A stretch of 64,000 nucleotides of DNA from Macrostomum lignano (lineage: Eukaryota): contig NIVC01002499.1 in the NCBI GenBank assembly GCA_002269645.1, positions 75,735 to 139,734 of the forward strand. The letters run 5' to 3'. The notes below the pieces were generated by a model. The model was given only the letters and a program-made list of their open reading frames with translations. It was not told where the DNA came from and made no database searches. Position 1 is the first letter of the stretch; each line of letters begins with the position of its first letter. The position numbers and the translations under genes were made by a program. Shown here piece by piece: positions 1 to 13,515 of the stretch.

Positions 1-2542
1 ATACAAGTGGCAAACTATGCTGTCTACGCTACTATAACAACTAAATGGTTAAAAAGAATGTAAGACGTAAGACTTCAAGTTCCATGCACAGACACGAAGT
101 TCCACAAAACAACTTCCGGCTTCTTAATTTTAAAATCATTATAACTATTCTTCATTTCTACTAGCTATTAAAAACGTACATACACTAATTAAAATTAATT
201 ACCCTTAAAAAATTAGGTAAAGATATCATTTGCTATATGATTTTGCGCGTTTTGCGGAAGGTAACATACAGTTTTACTGCTCTTCTTTCGCCGAAATAGC
301 TTTCGCTGATGTTGTCGTCTTTTCTATGAACGTCAGCCAGCCATCATCCATGAGCTCCATTTCATCCATGACCATGATATGCCATCTATGATATCACGAA
401 CCAGAGCCGTATATGTAATTCTAATATAAAAAACATTTTTGTTTAATAAGTAGATTCCCCCATATCCCAGACCCCAGCAGCCTAGTCAGTGTCAACAAAC
501 TAAACACTAGCGCGACTAGCTCCATTTTAGCGCCGCAATATTTTGAATGAAAGTGCCAAATTATTTATTTAAAAATGCAAGAAATATTTTTGTATTCATT
601 TACTATCAGTTTACTTATCAAATCACTTTAAAACCATAAAAAATCAATATATAAATATTCTTATCAAAGTTATAATATTGCAATAGGCTAATTTTTTGTC
701 TTTAGTTTTTTATGTTTATTTATTTGTTAGATAAGAATGATAGGGCCTGCCCTATCAGAAAAGTCTTCATTTTGCATCGGGCATCCAGTGCACCTAAGAA
801 AATTTAGCAAGAATAGCTATAGGCAGATGTGCACATGTGCTGGTGCACATTTAGCCAGAGCCTCAAGGGCCATTGCTTCCATCCCACTTGGCCCCCCACA
901 ATGCGGGCACAAGCAGAGCCAAGAAAGAGACAAGTCAGCCGCATCTTCAAAACCTATAGGAAATAAGTACATATGCATGTATATGCATATACATATGCTA
1001 TAGCTAGGAAAGTGACAGTTTTTGGTGAACTTTCTGGCGCAAATTGGCCCTTTTTGGTACACATGGCGCACATGGGATACAAGGAAAAATTGGAAATGCT
1101 CTGGCGGTGCACATGGCGCATGGCGCTGAAAAAATATATAGTTAGGCCCCCTACACTTCGTTATACTTTGCAAAATATATAGTGTCAGGCCTAATTCCAT
1201 AATTCATAAAATAAAATGTTATATTATCAGAGTACTAAAATTATGTAAATCACAATATAAAATACATAAAATGAAATTCAAATTTGTCTACCATAAATTC
1301 AAATTTGTTTACCAGTGAATTATTAATTACCTTACCTTACCTTATCATGGCGCGTTGCGGTGCACAAAATATTTTCTTCACGGCGCACGGCGCACAGTGC
1401 TCAAAAGCCATCAAAATAGTTCCGGTGTACACTGTGCCACCTTCCCGACTATAGTACACATGCACACTTAGCCTATAAGCAAATGGCATCAAATGTGTCA
1501 ACAATTTATCTAGAAATGTAGGCCTAGGTTTAACTTAGGTCTAGTTAAACTATATTATACTTTATTTGAACTTGCATATTAACCATGAAAAATTTTAAGG
1601 CAAAGAAAATTGAACAAAGTGTTACAAAGAGCTCATATACACATATTGTAATTGAAAAAATTCAAACAATTAATGAAGAAAAAAGTTGATAATATAATTT
1701 TAAGATGCTATTTGCTAACTAGATCAGAGATTCTAATATACACAGTATATAACATTTGGTCAATTATAGTTTGTTCCACTATAGCCATAGCTATGGCTAT
1801 GTGATCCTATAGCAAATATGGTAAAATAGATGCCTCTGGCAGTTACAAATATGCCTATGGTAGCTAGTTGCTCTTATGGCTATGACTACGGAAATATGGT
1901 AGTTGCTGTCACATTTCATAGATTCTTGTAGCTATAGTTGTTAATTTAAAAAAATTGAAAAAAATATTAGAAACAGGTAGAGTAAAACAAAGATACTTTA
2001 GTAAACTGTATTATCAAAGTAGAAACTTATAGAATATACCTAATAAAGTACAATAAAACACTAGCAAATTCTAATTTTTATCAATGTGAAAAAAGTTTAG
2101 CATTAGTACTTTTAGTAACAATTAAGCATTGTTGCTTTATAAAAAGATGAAATATAATCTTACAAAGGCAATCAAGTGTTTCTTATATTTTCTAACTTAA
2201 TTTGCAGTTGTTTAAGCACCAGGTTATCCTCTTGATTTAAAATATTTTGTTTTCTAGACTTTTTGTTAAAACTACAGCTATGGCTATGGGAACTATGGGA
2301 ATATGGTAATTTTGAGGTCCTTACGGCTACAGAATATAGAGAATTAGAATAACCCATAGTTTTGCTTATGGCTACAGCTACAGTACATGGACCCTCCTTA
2401 TGTCAAAACACTAAATTATAAGATGTCTTGGGTGTATATATTTGACTCATCTGGAAATTAAAATCGATTGGTTAAAACTACTTTTAAACAAGTTAAACAC
2501 ATGCATGTGTTCTGTTATTTTTTCTTTAAAGTTTGTTCACAT

Positions 2543-2711
2543 ACATGCTTGGGCGCAACCTAGGGATTCACCTGGCCTGTTTCTATTGGCAACACAAATG
2601 TAAGTTGCTATTAGACGGAATAGTAGTCACATGACTGCTCTCAGCCAATAGCGACTTATATGTGTGTTTGCCAATAGAAATGGCTAAGTAATTCCCAAGG
2701 TTGCGCATGTA
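2543..2711. mobile_element. Palindromic MITE-like element, copy 1 (about 170 bp, about 65-bp imperfect arms)
   Basis: Left arm gcgcaacctagggattcacctggcctgtttctattggcaa... pairs with right arm ...ttgccaatagaaatggctaagtaattcccaaggttgcgc. A reverse-complement copy lies at 5276-5447. Confidence 0.6.
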
Positions 2712-3959
2712 TTTTTGCACATCCTTTTGGAGCATGTCAATTAGGCCTAATTCATATTATATTATTCTCACTTGTTACCAAAGTGGCTATTCCTGAAATA
2801 GCTGTTACCAAAGTGGACTATTACTGTTCTAGATATCATAGAACATTGATGCCTTGCTATATGTTTGACCATTTGCTAACAATAGGCTAATTAGATGATA
2901 AGTTATTTGCCTATCTAAATAGTTATAATTATTCCCACCATTTACCTAGTTGTATATGCACATAACTGTATATTATCTACAGCTTTTTTGTCTTTGATTC
3001 TATTCCCTGCTGCAAAATATGGTTGTTTCTTTGGCTGATTCCAAGCGGAAACACTGATGCTTCCACACACAAATCCTGCCCACACATAAAACCCTTCCAA
3101 TGAGACGATTCTAGGTGCAAAAAACTGCCAAAAAACCCACCCAGTAAGAAAACAACCAAAAAACCACAAAGAAAAGAGTTTCCAACCGAAAAGACCACCA
3201 AACACTTGGTGGTTTCTTTCAGAGATTCCAGCCATGTTGGAAATCGGAATTGACAAAGGAACCCACCAAAAACTTTGGCAGGTTCTCACAAAGCTTTGGA
3301 TGATTCCTGCAGAATCCACCATTTACTCTCTTTCAGGAAACTGCTAAGAGAATCAAATTTCATTTCATTTTAGAGGCCATTCATTTGCTTGAAATGTTTA
3401 CATGAAATATATGCTTATATGAAATGCTTAGCTATAATGCTTAAATGCTTAGCTATATGAAATATATATAGCAAGTATGATTCAACTACATTTTCTTACT
3501 ATACTGCTTATCAAAAGTTGTACTTCTTTTCTTCCATTTATTTATGCTGCCAAATTGAGACAACCTTTAGGCTCATTTTTGTTATTTTTGTAATGAAATT
3601 AATCTTTACTGATTACAGGACTAGTTTCCGCGATAATTCGACGTGATTTAGTCACTAGTTTGCAAGCAAGTTACTCCATACCATATAGTCAATTTTAGGC
3701 CTAGTTTCTTGACTTGTTTTTTATTCTGGCTGATGTAATGCAGTACATTTATATTTCTACGTCATAGATGGTCCCCAAAAAATTCAGCTAAATGAGCAAC
3801 CGACTGCCGAGTTGTTTCATTTTGTAATTCGAAGGTTTTTGAATAAAAAGCATGCAAAGTAAACTTTAAACACAAATTCATTAAACTATATGTTGACTTT
3901 TCCCAGCAGATCCTTGTCAAAAAAACTCCTTTGGTTATTCCATCGGAAGATTTCATACA

Positions 3960-4385
3960 TTCACTATGAGAGGAGAGAAGTGAGAGGAGATGGAAGAGAG
4001 GAAGGAGAGAGTAAAGAGGGGCAAGAGAAGCAGGAGGAAAGAGTAGAGGTGAGAGGAGGGAGAGATGAAATGAGAGGAGAGAGTAGATAGGAGAAAGTAG
4101 AGAAGTGATAGAGGAGAGTAGAAGTGGGAGAGTAGAGAGATGAGAGAGGAGACAAGAGAGATTATAGAGTGGAGATGAGCGAGCAGAGAGAAAAGATGAA
4201 AGAGAGATAGAGATAGAGCTATGAAAGAGGAGAAAGGAAAGAAGAGAGAGCATAGATGAGATATGTGAGAGTAGACAACAGAGGAGATAGAAGAGAAATA
4301 TGTAAGAGCAGAAAGGAGAGGCAATGGGAGAGAGAAGTGGAGTGAGGAGAGAGGATACAAGAATAAGTAGAATCGAGAGGATGTA
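3960..4385. repeat. GA-rich low-complexity polypurine tract
   Basis: Degenerate (GA)n/(GGAGA)n; the overlapping Leu/Ser-rich ORFs are compositional artefacts. Confidence 0.9.
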
Positions 4386-5275
4386 TTGCATTATGGATGT
4401 AGTGTTGACTATGTAGTGCATTTATGCACGAGTTTTTTATGCCATCTGCTATAATCACATGTTATGTTCCATTTTTTACAACTTTGGTTTGGTCTACTAA
4501 AAATATAATATACTATTTTAATAATAAAAAGTGCACTATATTTTTGGCTTTAGCCTTGGAAAATGTGAACTCATGTTTTTTTACTGTTTGCACTTATTTG
4601 GATCATATTAAAATGCTTCAGGCTACCCTTGACTGTTGTAGTCTTTGTAATCAATGATTATTGAAGTAGGTGTTTTTTACAGATATAGTACACTTCTATG
4701 TTACTCATATTTTAACAATAAATTTCAACATTAACATGTATATTAAAATAGCATTAACCATTAATGCAATAATTGTGCTCTACAAAGGATCTGCAGAATA
4801 ATTAGATTTCAATCATCATTCAATCATTGAAACAAAATCCACCCAGGAAACAGCCTAATGGCTGGCAGGTTCTTTGGCAGTTTCTGAAATGAAATCCACC
4901 CAAGAAACAGCCTAATGGCTAGCGGGTTCTTTGGCAGTTTCTGAAACGAAATCCACCCAGGCAATATCCAAGTGTTAGGTGGGTTATTTGGCGGATTCAG
5001 CACATTTTATGCATTACATCCAGCTGATTATCGGCAGTTTCCTCTACACTACAGAGGTAGGCCTTCTTTGGCTGGTTTTCGCAGTAAAATTCCCGCCCAA
5101 AAAACCACCATATTTTGCAGAAGGCTAATAAAGTTAAAATACTACTCATGATTTTATCAACTGGCCATTTTGTCAACTTGTACACAAATAAAATAGGATA
5201 TTCATTTGTTTGGTTCTCTATCAATTCAATTTGTAATTGGGCAATTGAATTATATAGTGAATAAAATCAATCATC

Positions 5276-5447
5276 ATACATGCGCAACTTTGGGAATCAC
5301 CTGGCCGTTTCTATTGGCAACATACACATGTAAGTCGCCAATGGCTGAGAGCAGTCACGTGACTACTATTCCGTCCAATAGCAACTTACATGTGTGTGTT
5401 GCCAATAGAAACGGCCAAGTGAATCCCAAGGTTGCGCCCAAGCATGT
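5276..5447. mobile_element. Palindromic MITE-like element, copy 2 (inverted relative to copy 1)
   Basis: atacatgcgcaactttgggaatcacctggccgtttctattggcaa...gttgcgcccaagcatgt aligns with the reverse complement of 2543-2711. Confidence 0.6.
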
Positions 5448-5668
5448 CAATCATAGTATAGCTTTGGTAGGTTGCTATGCCTAACAGCCTAATATTAATT
5501 AGTAGTAAGAAAAACAACTTTATCATAATTATCACAATATGTTTTGTTATATAAGTGACATTATTAGGCAATTAGTATTAACAGATTAAATGAAAACTGT
5601 GCAAAAATATATGTGGGATATGAGAAAAAGGATAAAGGTTAACAAAAGTAGTAATAGATAAATGCATA

Positions 5669-6456
5669 GGGGCCATTCCATATAATTATGGTTGTAACAT
5701 AACAGACTATTTTTACTTACAAAATGAAATCTAATAATAGAATATACTAAACCTATATTTTGAATGAAAGATTATTTTGTCAGGAATATGTTTGTAAAGT
5801 TTCATATAGATATCATCATTAGTATAGATGCTATTAAACCTTGAATGGCACTTATGGTTGTAACAATAGGATTTTTGACATATAGAAACTAAAAGGTAAA
5901 AGTCTTATAACATTTTTCATTTTTGATATTTTGCAAAAAAATTTTTTAAATTTGACTAAGAACATCTTTAGAAGTCATACTCTTTTATTAGAATATATAA
6001 ACTCAAAAAGGCAACAAAGATACAAAAGAAAAGGCAGCCTTATGGTTGTAATTTTATGGTTGTAACATATTTTTTTCTGTCAATTCAGTAACTTTGAAGT
6101 ACTAATATATTAAAAATATAATAGATTATATGGTTGCTAATGATTTTATCTGATGATGCAAGTACTATAATTTTATATATAGTTTGTTTTAACCTTCAAA
6201 AGCTTTCTATTTGTTTTTAAAAGGTACATAAACTTAATGATGTCTTTCGCTTAGAAAATGTCCAATTTTTGACAAAAATAACTTTTTGCCAATTGATAAC
6301 ATACTAATCCAACATTTTATCATTTATTTATTATTAGATTGTATACATTATATACAAAAAAGATTTGGTAAAAAAATGGCTGATAAGGCAATGACAAACA
6401 AAAATATTGACTTTTTTCTATTTTCCAAATATGTCTATCTTATATGGAATGGGCCA
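5669..6456. mobile_element. Putative non-autonomous DNA transposon with 17-bp TIRs and TA flanks
   Basis: Left TA|ggggccattccatataa; right ttatatggaatgggcca|TA (15/17 match). Internal ttatggttg(t/c)aa-like motif about 5 times. AT-rich, no ORF. Confidence 0.45.
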
Positions 6457-7499
6457 TAGAATAAGAAAAGACAAGTTAGAAAATCTTAAAATGTACACTA
6501 GTGCCTTTGTTAAATATCTGGCTATTGAGGATAGGTTTAAGCTCTTTTATATACAATGCTTATAAAGTTAGTACTGTTGTCAATAATACTAAATTGGTCA
6601 ATATGCTTGCATTGGGTATATTAGTTGCATATAAGAAGGTGATCATATACAGTAGACACTTTTGAAATGCTCCTTTACTCTTATGTATAGGTGTCATTCT
6701 GTTTATCAATGTAAAACTGGCTCTGCTTAGCAACACACAAAAATTTGTAAATGACACTAGCACACTGTGGCATAAAAATAGTACATTTGAGGATTTAAGT
6801 AAATTGACCAACTTTCATAGTAGAAAAGTTTATGTTAATGTCAGTTTGCTAGTTTTATAGATAGCATTTTGAAGTTTTTGTTTAAATTTAATGTGGATGG
6901 CTTCCCAAATAAATAGCAGAGTAAAATTGATTGTACTTTGTTTGGTTTTAAGCTAAACTTTTGGTTGATGAAGTTGTAGACCTTGGTTTTAAAAAACTTT
7001 TTAGGGTATTTAAAAAACAATTACCCAATATATATTATATCTTAGGGAATAGAATTATATCTATTATTGCTCAATAGATATAATAGATAGATATAATAGA
7101 ATTATATCTATTCCCTATTGGAGCAATAGATTTTTTATATGGATTACATCCTGCATAGATAAAGAAATCAATTGGTGTACCTGCATGCTTAAACATGTTT
7201 AAAATCCTAAATTTCAAACTAATTCATAAGGCTTCTTAAAAGCCTGAAAGAATTCACTATACCTTAGTCGATAGATAGTTAAGATTAGAAAGGTGAGAGG
7301 ACATGAGTACAGAACAATTTTTTTGCTATTTATTGACCCTATTGTTGTATACTTGTAACATGTAACATTACTTGTATCATTAAAGCACTATTTTTGTATT
7401 AGTGCCACCTTCTAATGCGACACTTGGCTGGCTATATCTCTAATGTAAGATTTATGTATGAATTCATATATGGTAGTCTCTGCAATTCATTGCATGCCA

Positions 7500-10400
7500 A
7501 TGAGCAGCTGCTGTTGTTGGTCGCTTGCCGCAGGCGCTGCGATCCTCCTGGCCCTCGTTGCCGCTCTGCTGCACGTGGCCCGCAAGCGCGGCTTTTTCTC
7601 TCTGCTGGTGTACAGTGTGGACAAGGACTCCACCCGCTGCGGTGGAGACCTGGTGGCCGAGGTGCTCAAATCCCACGGCGTCAAGTTCGTGTTCACCCTG
7701 TGCGGCGGCCATGTGTCTCCGATTCTCGTCGCCTGCGAGAGGCTCGGCCTGCGCGTGGTGGACACCCGGCACGAGGTCACCACCGTGTTCGCCGCTGATG
7801 CCGTCGCCCGCATCTCCGGCGGTCTGGCAGCCGCCTGCGTGACCGCCGGCCCGGGCCTCACCAACACGGTCACCGCGGTGAAGAATGCGCAGATGGCCGA
7901 GTCGCCGCTGCTGCTGCTCGGCGGAGCCGCTGCCGGCATTCTGAAGGGCCGGGGCGCTCTGCAGGTACGGCCGGGCCGGCTGTTCATATTAGTTTCTGGT
8001 GGGGCGCCGCCACCCTTCCCTCTGGTCCTTTGGTGAGCGCCGCTTCCTTCCCCTCTGGTCCTTTGGTGAGCGCCGCCACCCTTCCCTCTGGTCCTTTGGT
8101 GAGCGCCGCTTCCTTCCCCTCTGGTCCTTTGGTGAGCGCCGCCACCCTCCCCTCTGGTCCTTTGGTGAGCGCCGCCACCCTCCCCTCTGGTCCTTTGGTG
8201 AGCGCCGCCACCCTCCCCTCTGGTCCTTTGGTGAGCGCCGCCACCGTCACCTCTGGTCCTTTGGTGAGCGCCGCCACCCTCCCCTCTGGTCCTTTGGGGA
8301 GCGCCGCCACCCTCACCTCTCTGGTCCTTTGGTTAGCGCCGCCACCCTCACCTCTCTGGTCCTTTGGTGAGCGCCGCCACCCTCCCCTCTGGTCCTTTGG
8401 TGAGCGCCGCCACCCTCCCCTCTCTGGTCCTTTGGTGAGCGCCGCCACCCTCACCTCTCTGGTCCTTTGGTGAGCGCCGTCACCCTCCCCTCTGGTCCTT
8501 TGGTGAGCGCCGTCACCCTCCCCTCTGGTCCTTTGGTGAGCGCCGCCACCCTCCCCTCTGGTCCTTTGGTGAGCGCCGCCACCCTCCCCTCTGGTCCTTT
8601 GGTGAGCGCCGTCACCCTCCCCTCTGGTCCTTTGGTGAGCGCCGCCACCCTCCCCTCTGGTCCTTTGGTGAGCGCCGCCTCCCTCCCCTCTCTCTGATCC
8701 TTTGGTAGGCGCTCTTACTCTTGTAGTTCCGTTGTCACTGGCGCTGCTCCCCTCTTGTTCCTTTAGGGCGGTGCGCCGGTGCTGTCTTAATAATTAACTA
8801 AGCCTACAATCCTATTGCATGCCTCTGAACCCGTAACACCCCTGAAGGACATCGACCAGCTGGCCCTGCTGAAGCCGCTCTGCAAGTTCAACGCCACCGT
8901 CACAGCCGTCCGGGACATTGTGCCGACCCTGCGTCGCGCCATCCAGGCCGCCCACTCCGGCACGCCCGGCCCGGTGTTCGTGGAGCTGCCCATCGACACC
9001 CTGTACCCCATCGGCCTGGTTGCCCGCGAGATCGGCGTCAAGGAGGCGCCCGGACTCAGCGCACGCATCGTCAAGTTCATCGTGGACGCCTACATTCACA
9101 ATCTGTTTGGCGACGCGTTTCGCAAACGCGACGTCTCGCCGCTGCCGCCGGTCGTGCCGATGCCCAGCAACGCCCAGGTGGACCGGCTGGCCGACATGAT
9201 CCGACAAGCCAAGCGGCCCGTGGTGGTGCTGGGCAGCCAGGCCGTGCTGCCCCCTGTGCCAGCTGACCGCACCCGGGCCAGCCTGGAGGCCATGGGCCTG
9301 CCCTGCTTCCTGGGCGGCATGTCGCGCGGGCTGCTCGGTCAGGACTCGGAGATCCAGGTGATTGCCCCAGTTTCCATTGAAAATAATTTCTCTGCATATC
9401 TCGGTAAACTGCCTCCTAGCCGCTCTCAATTTCCTTCGAGAAAGTTCCCCTGAAGAGAATCACCCTCCCCGAATTCCCTTAAAGAGAGAATCACCCTCCC
9501 AAATTCCCCTGAAGAGAATCACCCTCCCAAATTCCCCTGAAGAGAATCGCCTTCCCCAAATTCCCCTGAAGAGAATCGCCCTCCCAAATTCCCCTAAAGA
9601 GAATCGCCCTCCCAAATTCCCCTGAAGAGAATCGCCTTCCCAAATTCCCCTAACGAGAATCACCCTCCCAAATTCCCCTGAAGAGAATCACCCTCCCAAA
9701 TTCCCCTGAAGAGAATCGCCCTCCCCAAACTCCCCTGAAGAGAATCGCCCTCCCAAATTCCCCTAAAGAGAATCGCCCTCCCAAATTCCCCTAAAGAGAA
9801 TCGCCCTCTACTTAATTTCCCAATCCAATTCAATCCAATCACTCCTTGCCCCTTCAGCTCCGCCACTGCCGTCGCGACGCCCTGCGCGAGGCCGACTTCG
9901 TCCTGCTGGCCGGCACCGTCTGCGACTTTCGCCTCAACTACGGCCGGTCGCTGAGCCGCCGCAGCCGCATCGCCGCCGTCAACCGCTCCGAGGCGCAGCT
10001 GCGCCGCAACTCCGACCTGTTCTGGACACCCGCCCTGGCCGTCGTTGCGGACGTCGGCACCACGCTGGAGCGCGTCGCCCAGCGCTTGGCCGGCCACCGG
10101 CCGCCCGAGGACTGGCTGGCCAGCCTGCGCACACTAGACTCGGACAAGTCCCGGTCGAACTCGGCCAAAGCGGCCGAACCGCTGGCCGCCAGCGGCAAAT
10201 TGAATCCGCTTCACGTCCTCACCAAGCTGGAGGCCGCCATGTCCGACCGCACCGTCCTTGTGGCCGACGGCGGCGATTTTGTCGGCTCGGCCGCCTACCT
10301 GCTCCGGCCGCGTGGGCCGCTCCGCTGGCTGGACCCCGGCGCGTTTGGCACCCTCGGGGTCGGGGCTGGCTTTGCTCTGGGCGCCAAGCTCTGCCTGCCG

Positions 10401-12477
10401 GATCACGACATTGTAGTGGTGTGGGGCGACGGCTCGCTGGGCTACTCGCTGGTCGAGTTCGACACCTTCAAGCGGCACGAGCTGTCCGTGTTGGGCATCG
10501 TTGGCAACGATGCCTGCTGGACTCAAATTGCCAGGGAGCAGGTGCGGTATTTGACTTTGAGGCAGGGCTGATAGCGGGGCAGTTAGCAGTGCTGATAGCG
10601 GGGCAGCTAGCAGAGCTGATAGCGGGGCAGCTAGCAGGGCTGATAGCGGGGCAGCTAGCACGGCTGATAGCGGGGCAGCTAGCACGGCTGATAGCGGGGC
10701 AGTTAGCAGGGCTGATAGCGGGGCAGTTAGCAGGGCTGATAGCGGGGCAGTTAGCAGGGCTGATAGCAGGGCAGTTAGCAGGGCTGACAGCGGGGCAGCT
10801 AGCAGGGCTGATAGCGGGGCAGTTAGCAGGGCAGTTAGCAGGGCTGATAGCGGGGTCGTTAGCAGGGCTGATAGCGGGGCAGCTAGCACGGCTGATAGCG
10901 GGGCAGTTAGCAGGGCTGATAGCGGGGCAGTTAGCAGGGCTGATAGCGGGGCAGTTAGCAGGGCTGATAGCAGGGCAGCTAGCACGGCTGATAGCGGGGC
11001 AGTTAGCAGGGCTGATAGCGGGGCAGTTAGCAGGGCTGATAGCGGGGCAGTTAGCAGTGCTGATAGCGGGGCAGCTAGCAGAGCTGATAGCGGGGCAGCT
11101 AGCAGGGCTGATAGCGGGGCAGTTAGCAGGGCTGATAGCGGGGCAGCTAGCACGGCTGATAGCGGGGCTGATAGCGGGGCAGTTAGCAGGGCTGATAGCG
11201 GGGCAGTTAGCAGGGCTGATAGCAGGGCAGTTAGCAGGGCTGACAGCGGGGCAGCTAGCAGGGCTGATAGCGGGGCAGTTAGCAGGGCTGATAGCGGGGC
11301 AGTTAGCAGGGCTGATAGCAGGGCAGCTAGCACGGCTGATAGCGGGGCAGTTAGCAGGGCTGATAGCGGGGCAGTTAGCAGGGCTGATAGCGGGGCAGTT
11401 AGCAGTGCTGATAGCGGGGCAGCTAGCAGAGCTGATAGCGGGGCAGCTAGCAGGGCTGATAGCGGGGCAGTTAGCAGGGCTGATAGCGGGGCAGCTAGCA
11501 CGGCTGATAGCGGGGCTGATAGCGGGGCAGTTAGCAGGGCTGATAGCGGGGCAGTTAGCAGGGCTGATAGCAGGGCAGTTAGCAGGGCTGACAGCGGGGC
11601 AGCTAGCAGGGCTGATAGCGGGGCAGTTAGCAGGGCAGTTAGCAGGGCTGATAGCGGGGTCGTTAGCAGGGCTGATAGCGGGGCAGCTAGCACGGCTGAT
11701 AGCGGGGCAGTTAGCAGGGCTGATAGCGGGGCAGTTAGCAGGGCTGATAGCGGGGCAGTTAGCAGGGCTGATAGCAGGGCAGCTAGCACGGCTGATAGCG
11801 GGGCAGTTAGCACGGCTGATAGCGGGGCAGTTAGCAGGGCTGATAGCGGGGCAGTTAGCAGGGCTGATAGCGGGGCAGTTAGCAGTGCTGATAGCGGGGC
11901 AGTTAGCAGGGCTGATAGCGGGGCAGTTAGCAGTGCTGATAGCGGGACAGTTAGCAGGGCTGATAGCAGGGCAGTTAGCAGTGCTGATAGCAGGGCAGTT
12001 AACAGGGCTGATAGCGGGGCAGTTAGCAGGGCTGATAGCGGGGCAGTTAGCAGTGCTGATAGCGGGGCAGTTAGCAGGGCTGACAGCGGGGCAGTTAGCA
12101 GTGCTGATAGCAGGGCAGTTAACAGGGCTGATAGCGGGGCAGTTAGCAGGGCTGACAGCGGGGCAGTTAGCAGTGCTGATATGCTGAATTGCATTATGCA
12201 GTGAAGGAAGTCCCGCAGTTGCTAAAGCTCGCGCATTCCCCACGCCTCGCAGATTCCCCTGTTCGGCAGCAGCGTGGGCTGCGAGCTGAGCTACAGCCGC
12301 TACGACCAGGCCATGTCCGCCTTCGACTGTCGCGGCATTCTGGTGGACGAACCGGACGCCGGCCGCCTGTCCGAGGTGTTCGCCGAAGCCCTGCAGGCCA
12401 CGCGCGGAGGGACGCCCTGCCTTGTGAACTGTCTGATTGGCAAGACCGACTTCCGTGAGGGCAGCGTCAGCGTGTGA
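7500..12477 (+). CDS. ILVBL: 2-hydroxyacyl-CoA lyase 2 / acetolactate synthase-like TPP enzyme; exons 7500-7964, 8848-9357, 9858-10541, 12253-12477 (about 627 aa)
   Basis: N-terminal hydrophobic anchor; motifs [70 protein letters not shown] motif GDGSLG...GNDACW, C-terminal [11 protein letters not shown]. Three GT-AG phase-0 introns join in frame. Start may be 7494. Confidence 0.95.
7996..8715. repeat. 33-bp minisatellite in ILVBL intron 1
   Basis: Unit ctctggtcctttggtgagcgccgccaccctccc; contains donor-like GGTGAGC on the sense strand. Confidence 0.95.
9447..9810. repeat. 28-bp minisatellite in ILVBL intron 2
   Basis: Unit aaattcccctgaagagaatcgccctccc. Confidence 0.95.
10563..12185. repeat. 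24-bp minisatellite in ILVBL intron 3, with higher-order block duplications
   Basis: Unit gctgatagcggggcagttagcagg; variant order recurs in blocks. Confidence 0.97.
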
Positions 12478-13061
12478 AAGTGCTCGGCGCTTTGAGCATT
12501 ACAATAATCGCAATACTGGGTACTGGTTGCTATGGGGCTGGGATGCGGAGGATTCGGTAACTGTAGGCTGGGATTCAGTTTACCTGTGTAATTGTTCTGT
12601 TTTAGCATGCCTGCACTGTGCTTCTAATTGACACTCCTGGGCTTCATATTCATAGAATTTGTCATTTCTTTCATACGAGCTCTCAGACTCAGAGCTCCGG
12701 GGCTGATTGGACTCAAGCTCCGACTATTCGAACCAATTTGTGACTGGCCGCAGTTTTTTATTCCAGCCAGAGTAGACATTATAAGTATGGATTGCGCTGA
12801 TTGTTAAATTTCACATATTTTTGCAGCTTTATTATTTTTCACAGCGTATTGATTATTAGATTATTCCGCTCCCTGCTATCGACTGGCACTTTCAATTCTT
12901 AATGCGATTTTTTCATTTCATTGCGAATCAACCCAGCGGGATAAAATCCAACAACTTAACAACTTTTGGGATACCTGTTTTCTATGTTGTTCTTCGTCTC
13001 AGCATTATTTGGCTCTTTCATTTTGTTTGTTTCTTTGGAGACGCTAGATGTCTGGTTTCCC

Positions 13062-13515
13062 AGATCTCCCAGCAACTGGCACCTGAGGTTCAGCTCCCAG
13101 ATCTCCCAGCAACTGGCACCTGAGATTTAGCTCCCAGATCCCCCAGCAACTGGCACCTGAGATTCAGCTCCCAGATCCCCCAGCAACTGGCACCTGAGAT
13201 TCAGCTCCCAGATCTCCCAGCAACTGGAACCTGAGATTCAGCTCCCAGATCCCCCAGCACCTGAGATTCAGCTCCCAGATCTCCCAGCAACTGGCACCTG
13301 AGATTCAGCTCCCAGATCCTTAGCAACTGGCACCTGAGATTCAGCTCCCAGATCCCCCAGCACCTGAAATTCAACTCCCAGATCCCCCAGCACCTGAGAT
13401 TCAGCTCCCAGATCCCCCAGCACCTGAGATTCAGCTCCCAGATCTCCCAGCAACTGGCACCTGAGATTCAGCTCCCAGATCTCCCAGCAACTGGCACATG
13501 AGATTCAGCTCCCGA
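13062..13515. repeat. 30-37-bp minisatellite immediately upstream of SUFU
   Basis: Unit gagattcagctcccagatctcccagcaactggcacct and shorter variants. Confidence 0.95.

Noticed and set aside
260-375. Short minus-strand frame MVMDEMELMDDGWLTFIERRQHQRKLFRRKKSSKT before a GTATGT donor-like site
   Set aside because: Only about 35 codons, no recognisable motif, and any continuation lies outside the window.
3762-4458. Leu/Ser-rich and Glu/Arg-rich ORFs
   Set aside because: Translations of GA low-complexity DNA.
7984-8697. ORFs over the 33-bp repeat
   Set aside because: Inside ILVBL intron 1; open only because the unit is a multiple of 3.
10134-12243. 590-690-aa repetitive ORFs
   Set aside because: 24-bp intronic array; ILVBL splices cleanly across it.
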